In this document: positions 25,408-38,084 of the stretch, in pieces
Position numbering within the stretch: the first letter of the stretch is position 1
How the letters are laid out: every line of letters begins with the position of its first letter
Assembly: GCF_018350175.1 (NCBI RefSeq)
Contig: NC_058383.1
Location: forward strand, 24,926,001 to 24,990,000
Origin: Felis catus
Taxonomy: Eukaryota
Reading direction: 5' to 3'
Length of the DNA stretch: 64,000 bases
Translations under genes and position numbers: made by a program
Notes under the pieces: model-generated
The model's input: only the letters and a program-made list of their open reading frames with translations
The model's database searches: none
Told to the model about the DNA's origin: nothing

Positions 25408-25566
25408 GTCCCTATGGATGCAAGAGGACCTCCTCATTTACCAGGACCACCCTGCAGGCCCTTCCCCACAGACCCCCCTTTATCACCATTCATGGGCTCT
25501 ATGAGCCACCTCTAGCACCCTGGTGTTCTCTGGGACAGGACTCACCACCTCCACCTCGACTATTTG
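25408..25566 (+). pseudogene. Second MIA3/TANGO1-like proline-rich exon in copy B, with in-frame stop and eroded donor
   Basis: ttctgtag|GTC...; VPMDARGPPHLPGPPCRPFPTDPPLSPFMGSMSHL then TAG at 25513-25515; donor region reads gttagatgatctg vs gtaagatga in the paralogs. Confidence 0.6.
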
Positions 25567-26620
25567 TTAGATGATCTGAACAGTAGGAGTTGACTTGTTC
25601 AGCTTCCGTATTGTTGAGTCTTTGAGAAGGGGTAGAGATGGCCTCACAGGCTTTGCAATGCAAGGATAGGGCTGGCTGAGGACACTGTTAAGATTCCTCA
25701 AGTTTCTCGGGACATACATATGTTGGGCTGTGTCATTTTCCCTGACTGAGCTGGGCTGCAGGTGTCTTTTTATAAAAAAGCAGACATACCAGTTCTGCAG
25801 ATGTGCCTTGTACGGAGTCCATGTTCCTGGCTCTGTGAGAAATGAGGCACACCCCTACCATCAGGGGCTTCAGGTGTCATAACAGGGAGAGAGTCCCATG
25901 CATTAAATCACACGGAACTTCTGAGCTACAATAGTGGAAGCTCCAGTAATGGGTCTTCAAGTACAAGAGCCGGAGACGTGAATTTCATGGGAATGAATTG
26001 GAGGCTGTGGACGAGAAGGAAGAGCTGAGATGATGCAGGGGGGAGGGTGTTGAGCTCAGTGAGACGGAATTGGAGGCCATTTCTGGCGAGGCCCACAGGC
26101 TGGGCAGGGAACATGAGGGCAGTGTGAGGTCTGCAGAGCTGCTGCATGGGTTCAAGCACAGTTCATGTAGTTATCATCTCTCAAATGTCATTGTGGCCAA
26201 AGTGCACCTAGTTCATTATCTAAATAGAGACTGTTGTTTCCCTTGGTTTTCTGAAGGTTCTGGATATGTGTGAAAGAATGCCCTGGAGATTTGTAGTTTA
26301 ACTTGGTTCTTATGGGATGCTTGTCTGCCTATGTTTGCGTGCCTCTGTGAGACTAAATGCGAAGAAAGGTTGTAGATCAGTTCTGTGGTTTCCTTGGCCT
26401 TTAGGCTGAGTCAGACTCTTAGCGGGGAATTCAGGGTTGACCAAGAACAGCCCCTGCTGGACTCCTATCACCACACCACTGCATCTGCTGTCACCGCCCT
26501 GCCTGAAGGTTTGCATCTCTGAAACTTCCCTCACAATATCCTGAGGCCTGCCTGTGTTCCTGCTGTCTCAGCCTTAATACCAGCTTTCAGTGGGGCCATC
26601 TCAGAGCCTCAGCTTTGTTA

Positions 26621-28060
26621 TCTGAGAAGCAGGGACAATGCTGGTTTCTGAGATCAGTGCAATGAAGAGATTATAAGCACATAAGGAATTTGTAAAATAC
26701 ATGGGATGAGTGGGCACTCACCTTTCTCAGTGTGTAAATGAATGTATCTGCACACCGAAGATCATCTAAAGATGTGCATTCAATTTCGTTAAACTAAGGG
26801 TATAGTGCCTGAGGCTGGGAGATTGGCAGTCCCTGTTTCAATGATATGGCAAAGACCCCTGTGTTTTTTCTATTAAAATTCAGGTCCTACTTTACAAAGA
26901 AGGAAGAGAAAAGTATGAGAATGTGTACATTCAGGGATCTATATTTATGATCTGAAGACACTCCTCTTCCATTACAGATAGACGCACAGATGCAGACACA
27001 CAATTAGGTGTTCATCCAAGGCCACCGATGTATTGTAGAAGACAAAATGCATAGAGAACAGAAGATCCCATTGCAATAACTCAAAATATCTTTGACAGAG
27101 GACAGTTTGAAATTTGAAGAGGACACTGAACCATTACAAACCAGCTGTGGTGACTATATATTTAGAGATGGTGTCTGATCTGCCCCTTGGTCTGAATGTT
27201 GTCCTTGTCCACCCTGTCCCCTCCGCTGTCCTTCCTAGTGTCCCATAATACACTTGTCACAGTTGTGTCTTTGTGTCAGTGTCTGCTTCCCAGAAGATTG
27301 ACATTCTTGACTTTTTCCACCAAGTGTACACTCTGGGGTCCCCGTAGAATGTATAGTATTGGTGGAAGAAGACAGATCATCCTTTGGGGTTGTATTGCCT
27401 AGAAGGGACCCATAGTTCCATCTGAGGAGTTGGACACATCCTATAGGGAGCTCTGGCGGTAGTTGTTAATTTTGTAGATACTCATGAGCACATGGCGCCT
27501 GCTAGTTTATGGGGTTTGTGTTGATAACCAGGGCAGGTATCTGTCTCCAGACAAGGGTCTATTCTGATATTGAGGAATGGATTCAGGAGACCAGTAAGGA
27601 GGCCCTGTATTAATCCAGCTCTTGTGCCCTTGTCCACCTTACCAGCTTCCCCCAATAGCACCAATCCAGGTGGCCTCCAAGGGAGCAAATGGCAGCAATT
27701 TTCAAGTGAGTCACATGATGTCCCATAAACCTCCCCCTGTTTCCTTATTGAGGGCTGGGCAGGGCAAAGATCAATGGTATGAGATTGGTTCCTTCCACAC
27801 CACCCGGGAGAGTTGGGTTTAAGCATATGGCTCCTTCTACATCTGCCAGTCCATTCCACTTTACCCCCAGGGATCCTGAACCCTGTAAGGGCCTTTCTCC
27901 TCCCAGTTGAGGGAAGCAGCCAGCCATCCAGCAGCTTTTGGGTCATGGCTGGGCCACCGAGGGTGAATGTCTGACTGTCCACATGCTGCCAGCATTGCTA
28001 GAGCAAATGCCAACATGAGCAGCTGCTGTACGGGGGATTCTCCTCCATTGTGATCAGAGC
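26621..28060 (-). other. Candidate spliced minus-strand transcript, copy B (exons 28060-27643, 26951-26891, 26793-26722, and an exon starting at 26621)
   Basis: Same splice-site chain as copy A; donors GTAAGG, GTAGGA, GTGAGT. Confidence 0.45.
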
Positions 28061-29233
28061 CTGGGACAAAACATGACAGGACAGAGGGAGAGACAGGAGT
28101 GACCTGTGTTCCTGGACAGGGCTGCATGCACAGAGCTGATAGCCTGAGGGCCTGGTGAGAGGTGGAGACAGAGTTAGCCAGGGAGAGAGACACTGAATGA
28201 GTGATGGGGGGAATTGGGCAAGTCCTAGAAAGTGAAAGGAAGAAACAGAGAGAGAGAGACAGGGTTAGAAGAAAACAGACAAAGGAATTGCAAGGAGGAA
28301 AGCAGGGAGCTGGTCCAGGTATTTGGACGGGTGACATGGGCTAGGGAAGAGGGGATGTATTAGGTGGCTCTGAGTGTTGGGGCAGAAAAGACTGGTATCA
28401 TGGGCATCAGAGTTCTGTGAGTCCAAGACTCCAACTTCCCTGGGGCCAAGTTCTGCAGAGGCCATTGCATTTTAAAAGATGGGCATGCCTCATTTCTCCT
28501 GAAATTGTGGGGCTCAGCCTCAGATTCTGTCATGGAGAGGTATGTCTTGAGGGAAAGTGTGCTGCTCTTTGACAGGTAAACTCAAGCCTGCCCTGTAGGG
28601 AGGTGACCCTGAGCCATCTCCCTCACTGCCCCAGGCCCTGCTGCATTCCCCCCACACCAGCTGGCCTTCCTCATGTTCTGAACCCAGGCATCAAGCATTG
28701 TGCTGCCCCCAGGTCCTGCAGCCTGGACCTGGCAGAGGTGGACTGCTGATATGGATAAAAAGTATTTGACAATAAGGTCCATATTCTCCCTCTGGAAATT
28801 GAAATGTGCATCAAAATAGTGGGTTGCTATTCTCCTGTCGGAGGATGCCAAATAGTAAGTGAACCCTTTTAAACACCATAATCTTCTCTTACATCAAATT
28901 AGAAGACATTTTCTTCTCCCAGCTTTCTTTTCATTATGAAGAGATGGCAATTAGTAACTAAAGGCATAATGGTCCTATAGGAAATTGACTGATGGACATT
29001 ATTTCATTCATCTGCATCCCTAAAGCACACTTCATTGAAAATATTAGCCAGGATACATGCAGTAAATTCATAACAGATGTATAGCTCCCTGTAAGTTGCA
29101 TTCTGACCTTGTCACATATGTGTCATTAAAGATATTATTAGTGACTTTTAAGATAAGCTGTCAACATCAAGATGGTGATGTTAGAGAATCTGGTATAAAT
29201 GGAATTTCACATATTCTAAATTAGGAATGATTT

Positions 29234-29853
29234 AAAAAAATTTATTATTTATTTAAGAGAGAGACATCTTTAAAAAAAAAATTTTTTTACATTTATTTAT
29301 TTTTGAAAGACAGAGAGATAGAGCACAAGTGGGGGAGGGTACAGAGAGAGAAGGAGACACAGAATCCAAAGCAGGCTCCAGGCTCTGAGCCCGATGCACA
29401 GAGCCCGATGCAGGGTTCAAACCCACAAACCTTGAGATCATGACCTGAGCTGAAGTCGGGCACTCAACTGACTGAGCCACCCAGGCACCCTGAGACAAAT
29501 CTTTTTTTTTTTTTTCAATATATGAAATTTTTTGTCAAATTGGTTTCCATACAACACCCAGTGCTCATCCCAAAAGGTGCCCTCCTCAATACCCATCACC
29601 CACCCCCCCTCCTTCCCACCCCCCATCAACCCTCAGTTTGTTCTCAGTTTTTAAGAGTCGCTTATGCTTTGGCTAAGAGAGACAAATCTGAAGCAGTGGA
29701 GGGTGGAGAGAGAGGGAGACACAGAATCTGAGGCAGACTCCAGGCTCTGAGCTGTCAGCACAGAGCCTGATGTGGGGCTCGAACTCATGGACTGCAAGAT
29801 CATGACCCGAACTGAAGTCACATGCTTAACTGACTAAGCCATCCAGGCATCCC
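29234..29853 (-). mobile_element. Nested SINE / 5'-truncated L1 / SINE cluster
   Basis: Outer SINE with TSD aggaatgattt / aggaatgactt; L1 3' end at about 29502-29673; inner SINE at about 29270-29490. Confidence 0.88.
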
Positions 29854-30469
29854 AGGAATGACTTTTTAATGGCAAAGAAGGAGAAATTAAAAACAGTATA
29901 AAGGATATCAATTTTTAATTGAAATATTACAATTTCACATTTGAATATTTCACATTGAAATATTACAATTTTACACATTTGTTGTATTAGTTTTAGGCAT
30001 ACATCCTAGTGATTCCATATGTCTATAAATTATGTTGTACTTAACCACAAGTGTAGCTATCTATCATGTGAAAGCATGTAACACTATTATTACAGGATTG
30101 ACTATGTTCCATAGTCTGTCCCTTGTATCTGTATGACTTGTTCATTCCATAGCGGGAAGCCGGTATCTCTCTCTCAAAGGTATAAATTTTTTATCTAACC
30201 GAAGTATTTTGGTGGTAAACACAATTAATTACCTGTTGTTCAGCATATGTAAATTGGTAGTCTATTTTTCTGTGATCATTGCTTAAAGCATTACAAATGA
30301 TGTCATTACATTAATAAATTCAGTTTCATTCTTCACTCAGAAGAAAGGAGAAGGAAAAGATTTGTGTTCGAGGCCCTGTCACTAAGACCCTTCCCAGTCT
30401 GAACAGGCTCAGCTGCCCAGAGCACCTTCAGTGCCTCCAGCTGAGTGGCCATGGCCTTGAGAATTGCAG

Positions 30470-30800
30470 GAATCCCTAGGATGGCCAGCAGAGGGCGCTC
30501 GAGCACCACAAATCCGGAGGGGCCGGACTAGGGCGCGCTAGGGGCTTTTCTGATCCAGGGTCCCCTTAGAGAAGGAAAGGCTTCGGTTGCCTCCAGAGGA
30601 CTCAGGGCCTCTGCCTCTGCCGCTGCCTCAGGACAGAGACTCAGAGCTGCGTTTCCAGCAGGTTCCACCTCCCGCCCCAGGGGAGACCTTGGGAGCTATG
30701 CAGCAACTTGGCGTCTCCTGAGTCGCCAGAGAGAAGCTGCCTTGTTGCGCTGAGTGCTGAGGAGGGAGCGCTGGGTGGCTTCCCTGGGCGCACTGGTTGG
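30470..30800. promoter_or_regulatory. CpG-rich promoter-like segment with CTCF core motif, copy B
   Basis: CCAGCAGAGGGCGC at 30485-30498; paralog of 6640-6910. Confidence 0.6.
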
Positions 30801-31033
30801 TGAGCAGCACAGTCTCTTGCATTTTCTGGGCTGTTCCCATGTTTCCTTCCTCACTTTCCCTGACGGTATTTGAACAAGACGCATTTTACTAAAGGATCCG
30901 CGGATTGAGGGGCCCCACAACATCATAGATGCAGTGGACGGTTTGTTCCAGATTCAGGCTTGTTTCCGGGGAGAAATCCTGACAAATTCAGAAGAACGGG
31001 AAGCTGCATTCAGTTGGGATGTGAATACGTGAA

Positions 31034-31108
31034 ATGCTCAGTCTCAGGACCTTCTAGAAGAATGAGCTGGGACCCACTTTCCACGTCCTGCTGGAACCAG
31101 AGACAGAG
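31034..31108 (+). pseudogene. Paralog of the candidate first exon, with a premature stop
   Basis: MLSLRTF*KNELGPTFHVLLEPETE, TAG at 31055-31057 where copy A has TGG; strong donor GAG|gtaagg. Confidence 0.35.
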
Positions 31109-31229
31109 GTAAGGGCACAAACTGTCCCCCACATCATATGTGCTTTTTAAAAATTTAATGGTTATTTTCCCAACATGGTGAAGTAATTGGAAACTAGAGA
31201 AAACCTGGTAGCTAGGTATAATAAACCTT

Positions 31230-34200
31230 TCGTTATTTTTCAATTTAAGTTCCAGTTAGTAAAGATGCAGTGTAATATTAGTTTCAGGTGTACAATATAG
31301 AGCAACACTTGCCACACATCACCTAGTGCTCATCCCAAGTGCACTTCTTAATCCCCATCACCTGTTTCACCCATTCCCCCACCCCACTGTGGAAACCCCA
31401 GTTTGTTTCCTAGTTAAGAGTCTGTTTGTCACTGCCTCCTTTTCTTCCCCTTTGTTTTGTTTCATTTCCATGTGTTAGTGAAATCATGGTATTTGTCTTT
31501 CTCTGACAGGTTTATTTTACCCAGCATAACATTCCCTCGTTCCATCCACCTTGTTGCAAATGACAAGATTTCATTTTTTACGGCTGAATAATATTCCATT
31601 CCATATACTACATCTCAATTTATTCATCAGTTGATTGATACTTGGGCAGTTTCCATAGTGTGGCTGTTGTAGAAAATATTCTTATAAACATCAGGGTGCA
31701 TGTATCCCTTTGAAGTATTATTTTTGTATTCTTTGTGTAAATCCCTCTTAGTGAAATTGCTGGATGGTAAGGTAGTTTCACTTTTCATTTTCACTTTTTG
31801 GAGGAATCTCCATAATGTTTTCCAGAGTGGCTGCACTAGTTTGCATTCCTACCAACAGTGCAAGAGGGTTCCTCTTTTCCCACTTCCTTGGCAACACCTG
31901 TTGTTTCATCATTCATTGATTTTAGTCATTCTGACGGATGTCATTCTGACAGATTGTACTTTTGAATTGTATTTCCCTGAAGATCAGTGTTGTTGGGCAT
32001 CTTTTCATGTGTCTCTAGGCTGTCTGTATGTCTTCTTTGGGAAAATGTCTATTCATGTCTTCTGCCCGTTTTTAATTGGATTTCTCATTTTTTGGGTGGT
32101 GTATAACTTTATATATTTTGGATACTAACCCTTTATCAGATGTTTTGCAATTATCATTCTGTAGGTTGCATTTTAGTTTTGTTGATTGTTTCCTTGGTGA
32201 CAGAAGCTTTTAATTTTTATGAAGTCCCATTATTTTTGCTTGTGTTTACCTCACCTCAGGAGATATATCTACAAAGAATTGTGTACAGTCAATGTCAAAT
32301 AAGATACTGCCTGTGTTATCCTCTGGGATTTTTATGGTTTCAGGTTTCACACATAAGTCTTTATCCATGTTGGATTTATTTTTGTGTATGTTGTGAGAAA
32401 GCGGTCCATTGTTGTTCTTGTTTTGTTTTGGTTTTTTTGCAGGTTGCTGTCTAGTTTTTCCAAAACCATATGTTGAGGAGACTTTTTTAAAGTTTATTTA
32501 TTTATTTTTGAGAGAGAGAGAGACAGAGCATGCAGAGGAGGGGGGGGGAGAGAAATGGAGAGAGAGAATCCCAAGCAGGCTCTACACTGCCAGCACAGAG
32601 CATGACACAGGGTTCAAACTCATGAACCCTGAGATCATGATCTGAGCTGAATCCACAATCAGACGCTTCAGTGAGTGAGCCACCCATGTGCCCCAAGACT
32701 ATCTTTTTTTCCATTGAATATTATTTCCTGCTTTATTGAGGGTTAATTGACCATACAGGTGTGAATTCATTTCTAGGTTTCCATTCTATTGATCTGTGTG
32801 TCTGTTTTGTTTTGCTTTGTTTTGTTTTGTTTTGTTTTTGCCAGTACCATACTATTCTGATCTCTACAGCTTTGTAATATAACCTGAAGTCTGGAATTGT
32901 GATGCCACCAGCTTTGCTTTTCTTCTTCAAGTTTGTTTTGGCTATTTGGGGTCTTGTGTAGTTCCATACAAATTTGGGGATTATTCTAGTTCTGTGACAA
33001 ATGTTTTGTTAGTTTGCTAGGGATTTCATTAAATGTGTAGATTGTTTTGGGTAGTGTAGACATTTTTAACAGTATTTGTTCTTCCCATCCATGAACATGG
33101 AATGTATTTCCATTTCTCTGTGTCATCTTCCATTTCTTTCTTCAGTGTTTCATAGCCTTTAGAGTACTGGTCTTTCACCTCTATGGTTAGGTTTATTCCT
33201 AGTATCTTATGGTATTTGATATGGTTAGGTTTATTCCTAGTTTCTTATGGTATTTGATGCACTTGTCAATGGGATAGATTCCTTAATTTCTCTTTCTGTT
33301 AACTCATGATTGGTCTATAGAAATGTAATAGATTTCTGTACATTGATTTTTGTATATTGTCACTTGCGGAATTCGTATATCAGTTCAGTTTTTATGGGAG
33401 TCTTTCATGTTTTTTGTATAGAGCATCATGTCATCTACATATAGTGAAAGTTCTACTTCTTCCTTGCCGATTTGGATGCATTTTATTTCTTTTTGTTGTC
33501 TGATTGCTATGGCTAGGACTTCCAGTACTATGTGGAATAACAGTGGTAAGAGGGGACATCCCTGTCTTGTTGCTGACCTTAGAGGAAAAGCTTTCAATTT
33601 TTCCCCATTGAAGCTGACATTAGCTGTGGGTTTTTCATAGATAGGCTTTATTATGTGCAGGTATGTTGAGTCTCAGTCTACTTTGCTGAGGGTTTTTATG
33701 AATGGATGTGACATTTTGTCAGGTGCTTTTACTGCATCTGTTGATGGCATCATATGGTTCTTATTCTTACTTCTATTAATGTGGTGCATCACGTTGATTG
33801 GTCTGTGAATGTGGAACCACCCTTGCAGTCCCGGAATATATCTCACTTGATTATGGTGAATGATGCTATTAATGTATTGTTGAATTTAACTTGAAGTTAT
33901 TTTAATGAGAATTTCTGCATACATATTCATCAGGGTATTGGCCTGTAGTTTTCTTAAAAAATTTTTTTAAATATATTTTTAATTGTTTATTTCCTTAGAG
34001 AGAGAGAGAACACAAAAGTGAGGGAGGGGCAGAGAGAGAGAGTCAGAATCCTGAGTAGGCTCTGCACTGTGCGCACAGGGTCCAGTGTGGGGCCCAAATG
34101 CATGAACCACAAGATAATGACCATCCCAAAATTAAGAGTTGGACACTCAACCAGCTGAGCCATCCAGGTGCCCCTGAAGTTTTGTTTTTTGGTGGAGTCT

Positions 34201-36685
34201 TTATTTGTTTTGGTATCAGGGTATGCAGGCCTCATAGCATGAATTTGTAAGTTTTCCTAACTTTTCTATTTTTTGTAATAGTTTGAGAATATTACCTCTT
34301 CCTTAAATGTTTGGTAGAATTCATCAGTGAATCCATCTGGCCCTGAACTCTTGTGTTGGGAGAGATATTTCTTATTACTGATTCAATTTCTTTCTACTTT
34401 AATATTTTCTGTATCTTCCTATTTCAGTTTTGGTAGTTCATGTGTTTCTAGGAATCTATCCATTTCTCTCAGAGTGTCCAAATTTTTTGCATATAGTTTT
34501 TCATACTATTCTCTTCTAACTGTATTTCTGTGGTCTCAGTTGTTATTTCCTCCCTTATTTGTGATTTTATTTATTTGAGTCCTTTCTTCTTTCTGATAAG
34601 TCTGGCTATGAGGTTATCAATTTTATTAATGTTTTCAAAGAACCAGCTCCTGGCTTTAATGATCTGGTCTAGTGTTTTTTTTTTGTTTGTTTTTTGTTTT
34701 TGTTTTTTTTTTTTTGTTTTTTAGTTTCTATTTCACTTATTTCTGTTTCAATCTTTATTATTTCCTTCCTTCTGATGTCTTTAGTCTTGGATTGTTCTTT
34801 TTCTCATTCCTTTAGTTATAAATTTGGATTATTTGAGATTTTTATTTTTAAGGTAGGCTTTTATTGCTATATACTTTCCTCTTAGGACTGCTCTTGCTGC
34901 ATTCCAAAGATTTGTACCACTGCATTTTCATTATCATTTGTTTCAATGTGTTTTCTGATTGAGGTCTTGGTTGACCCATTCTTGTTTAGTATCATGTTGT
35001 TTAACCCCCCATTATTTGTGGTCTTTAAAAAAAATTTTTTTAACATTTATTCATTTTTGAGAGACATGAGAGAGACAGTGCGAGCAGGAAAGGGGCAGAG
35101 AGAGAGGGAGACACAGAAACCAAAGTAGGCTCCAGGGTGTGTGCTGTCAGCACAGAGCCCTATGCAGGGCTTGAACTCATGAACCATGAGATCATGACCT
35201 GAGTTGAAGTCGGACACTGAATTGACTGATCCACCCAGGCAACCCCTTTATTTAGTTAGGTAGGTAGTTAGTTAGTGGTTGACTTCAAGTTTCCTAGCTT
35301 TGGGTCAGAAAAGATGCTTGGTCTGAGCTTGTCTTTGTGTACTTGTAGAGGCCTGATTTGTGACCTAGTATGTGATCGATTCTGGAGACTGTCCCATGTG
35401 CACTTGAAAAAACTGTGTATTCTGCTATTTTACTATGGAGTGTTCTGAATATATGTGTTAAGTTGGTCTGGTCCAGTGTGTCATTCAAAGCCATTGTTTC
35501 CTTGTTGATTTTCGGTTTAGAGGATCTGTCCATTGATATGAGTAGGGTGTTAAGGTCCCCTACTATTAGGTTATTATAAATGAGTTCCTTTATGTTTGTT
35601 AATTGTTTTATATATTCGGTGCTTGCATGTTGGTTGCATAAAGTTTACAATTGTTGGCTCTTATTGTTTGATTGTCCCCTTTATTATGAGATAGTGTCCA
35701 TCTTCATCTCTTGCTAGTGTTTTACTTATTTTTTTAATTTAAGTTTTAGTTGACATATAGTGCAATATCGGTTTCAGGAGTAGAATTCAGTGATTCATCA
35801 CTTACATACAATGCCTAGTGCTCCTCACAACAAGTGCTCTCCTTGATACCCATCTCCCTCCATCAACCCTCAATTTGTTCTCCATAATTAAGAGTCTCTT
35901 GTGGTTTGTTTTCCACTATGCTCTTTTCCTGCCCCCTTCCCATGTTTCCATCTTTTTTGTTTCTTAAATTCCACAAGTGAAATCATTTATTTGTCTTTCT
36001 CTGATCGGCTTATTTTGCATAGCATGATGAATTCTAGCTCCATCCACATCATTGCAAATGGCAAGATTTCATTCTTTTTGATGGCTAAGTAATATTCCAT
36101 TGTGTGTGCACGTGTGTGTGTGTGTGTGTGTGCATACACACACATGCGTGCACACACACCACAACTTCTTTATACTTTCATCAGTTATTGGATATTTGGG
36201 CTCTATCCATAGTTTGGCTCTTGTTGATAATGCTGCTATAAACATTGGGGTGCACGCAATTTCACTTTTAGGTATTTACCCAAATCGTACAAAAGTACAG
36301 TCTTGAGTTGAAAGTCTGTTTTGTCTGAATGAAATATTGCTACTGGCTTTTCTATGACATTATTGGCATGATAAATGTTTCTTTATGCCCTCACTTTAAA
36401 TCTGCAGGTGACTTTAGGTCCAAAATAAGCCTTTATAGACATCATATAGATAGGTATGTGTTTGTTTGTTTCTTTTTTTTCTTTTTTGGTCCCTTCTGAC
36501 ACCCTATCTGATATCTTTTGATTGGAGCATTTGTCCATTTACATTCAGAGTAATTATTGATAGGTATATATTTAGTACCATTTTATCATTTGTTTTACCA
36601 CTTTTTCTTGATGTTTTCTCTGATCCTTTCTTAGCTGTATCACTTTTGGTCTTTCCTTTCCACTCAAAGAGTCCCATTTAAACAT
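31230..36685 (-). mobile_element. Old 5'-truncated L1 with inserted SINEs (about 32485-32694, 33960-34174, 35030-35246) and an L1 3'-end insert (about 35725-36255)
   Basis: Degenerate ORF2 peptides ([27 protein letters not shown]); SINE consensus strings. Confidence 0.9.
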
Positions 36686-38084
36686 TCTCTTCTTTTATAT
36701 GTTATTACATTTATTTATTTATTTTTAATATATTTTTTAAATTTAAATCAAGTTACTTAACATATAATATAACACTGTTTCAGGAGTAGAGTTTAGTGAT
36801 CTGTCAATTACATAAAATACCCAATGCTCATCCCAAGTACCCTCCTTAATGCCCAGCACCCATGTAGCCCATCACCCTATTCAATAAACCTCAGCAACCC
36901 TCAGTTTGTTCTCTGTATTGAAAAGTCTCTTCTCGTTTGACTCTCTGTTTGTGTCTTATTTTTGCTTCCCTTCCACTATGTTTGTCAGTTTTATTTCTTA
37001 AATTCCACAGATGAGAGAAATCGTATATTTGTCTTTCTCTGACTTATTTCACTTAGCGTAATACAGTCTATTTCCATCCACATTGTTGCAATGGCAAGAT
37101 TTCATTCTTTTTGATTGTGGAGTAATATTCTTTTGTATATACACATACCACATCTTCTTTATCCATTGATCAGTTGCTGGTCATTTGGGCTCTTTGCATA
37201 ACTTAGCTATTGTTGATAATACTACTATAAACATTGGAATGCATATGCCCCCGTGAGTCGGCATTTGTGTATCCTTTGGATAAATACCTAGTAGTGCAAT
37301 TGCTGGGTCATAGGGTAGTTCCATTTTTAGTTTATTTTTATTTTTAAAATTTTTTTATGAATCTCCTTCTATTTTCCAGAGTGGCTGCACCAATTTTCAT
37401 TCCCACCAGCAGTCCAAAAGGGTTCCCTTTCTCCGCATTCTTGCCAATATCTGTTGTTTCCTGAGTTGTTAATCTTAGCCATTCTTAGAGGTGTGAGGGG
37501 TATCTCATTGTGGTTTTGATTTGTATTTCACTGATGATGAGTGAGGTTGGGCATCTTTTCATATGTCAGCCACTTGGATGTCTTTTTTGGAAAAGTACCT
37601 ATTCTCGTCTTTTTCCCATTTCTTCATGAGATTATTTGGTTTTGGGTGTTGAGTTTGATAAGTTCTTTATTGGGATACTAACCCTTTATCTGATATGTCA
37701 TTTGCACATATCTTCTCTTATTCTGTTGGTTGCCTTTTAGTTTTGCTGATTGTGTTCTGTGCTGTGCTGAAGATTTTATCTTGATGAGGTCCCAAGAGTT
37801 CATTTTTGCTTTTATTTCCCTTGCTTCTGGAGACATGTCAAGTAAGGAGTTACTGTGGCAGGGGTCAAAGAGGTTGTTGCCTGTTTTCTCCTCTAGGATT
37901 TTGATGGTTTCCTGTCTTACATTTAGATCTTTTATCCATGTTGAGTTTACTTTTGTGTATGGTGTAAGAACATGGTCCAGGTTCATTCTTCTCCTTGTGT
38001 CTGTCCAGTTTTCCCAGTTCAATTTGCTGAAGAGACTCTTTTTCCATTGAATATTATTTCTTCCTTTGTCAAAGATTAGTTGTC

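Larger units (their letters stand above)
23515..31220. repeat. Segmental duplication copy B
   Basis: Co-linear with 1-7390; ends where an L1 3' end begins near 31230. Confidence 0.95.

Noticed and set aside
26601..27946. Possible 150-aa spliced minus-strand ORF in copy B
   Set aside because: It needs a weak donor at 26895 rather than the donor homologous across copies (26890). Copy A has stops and a SINE in the same frame.
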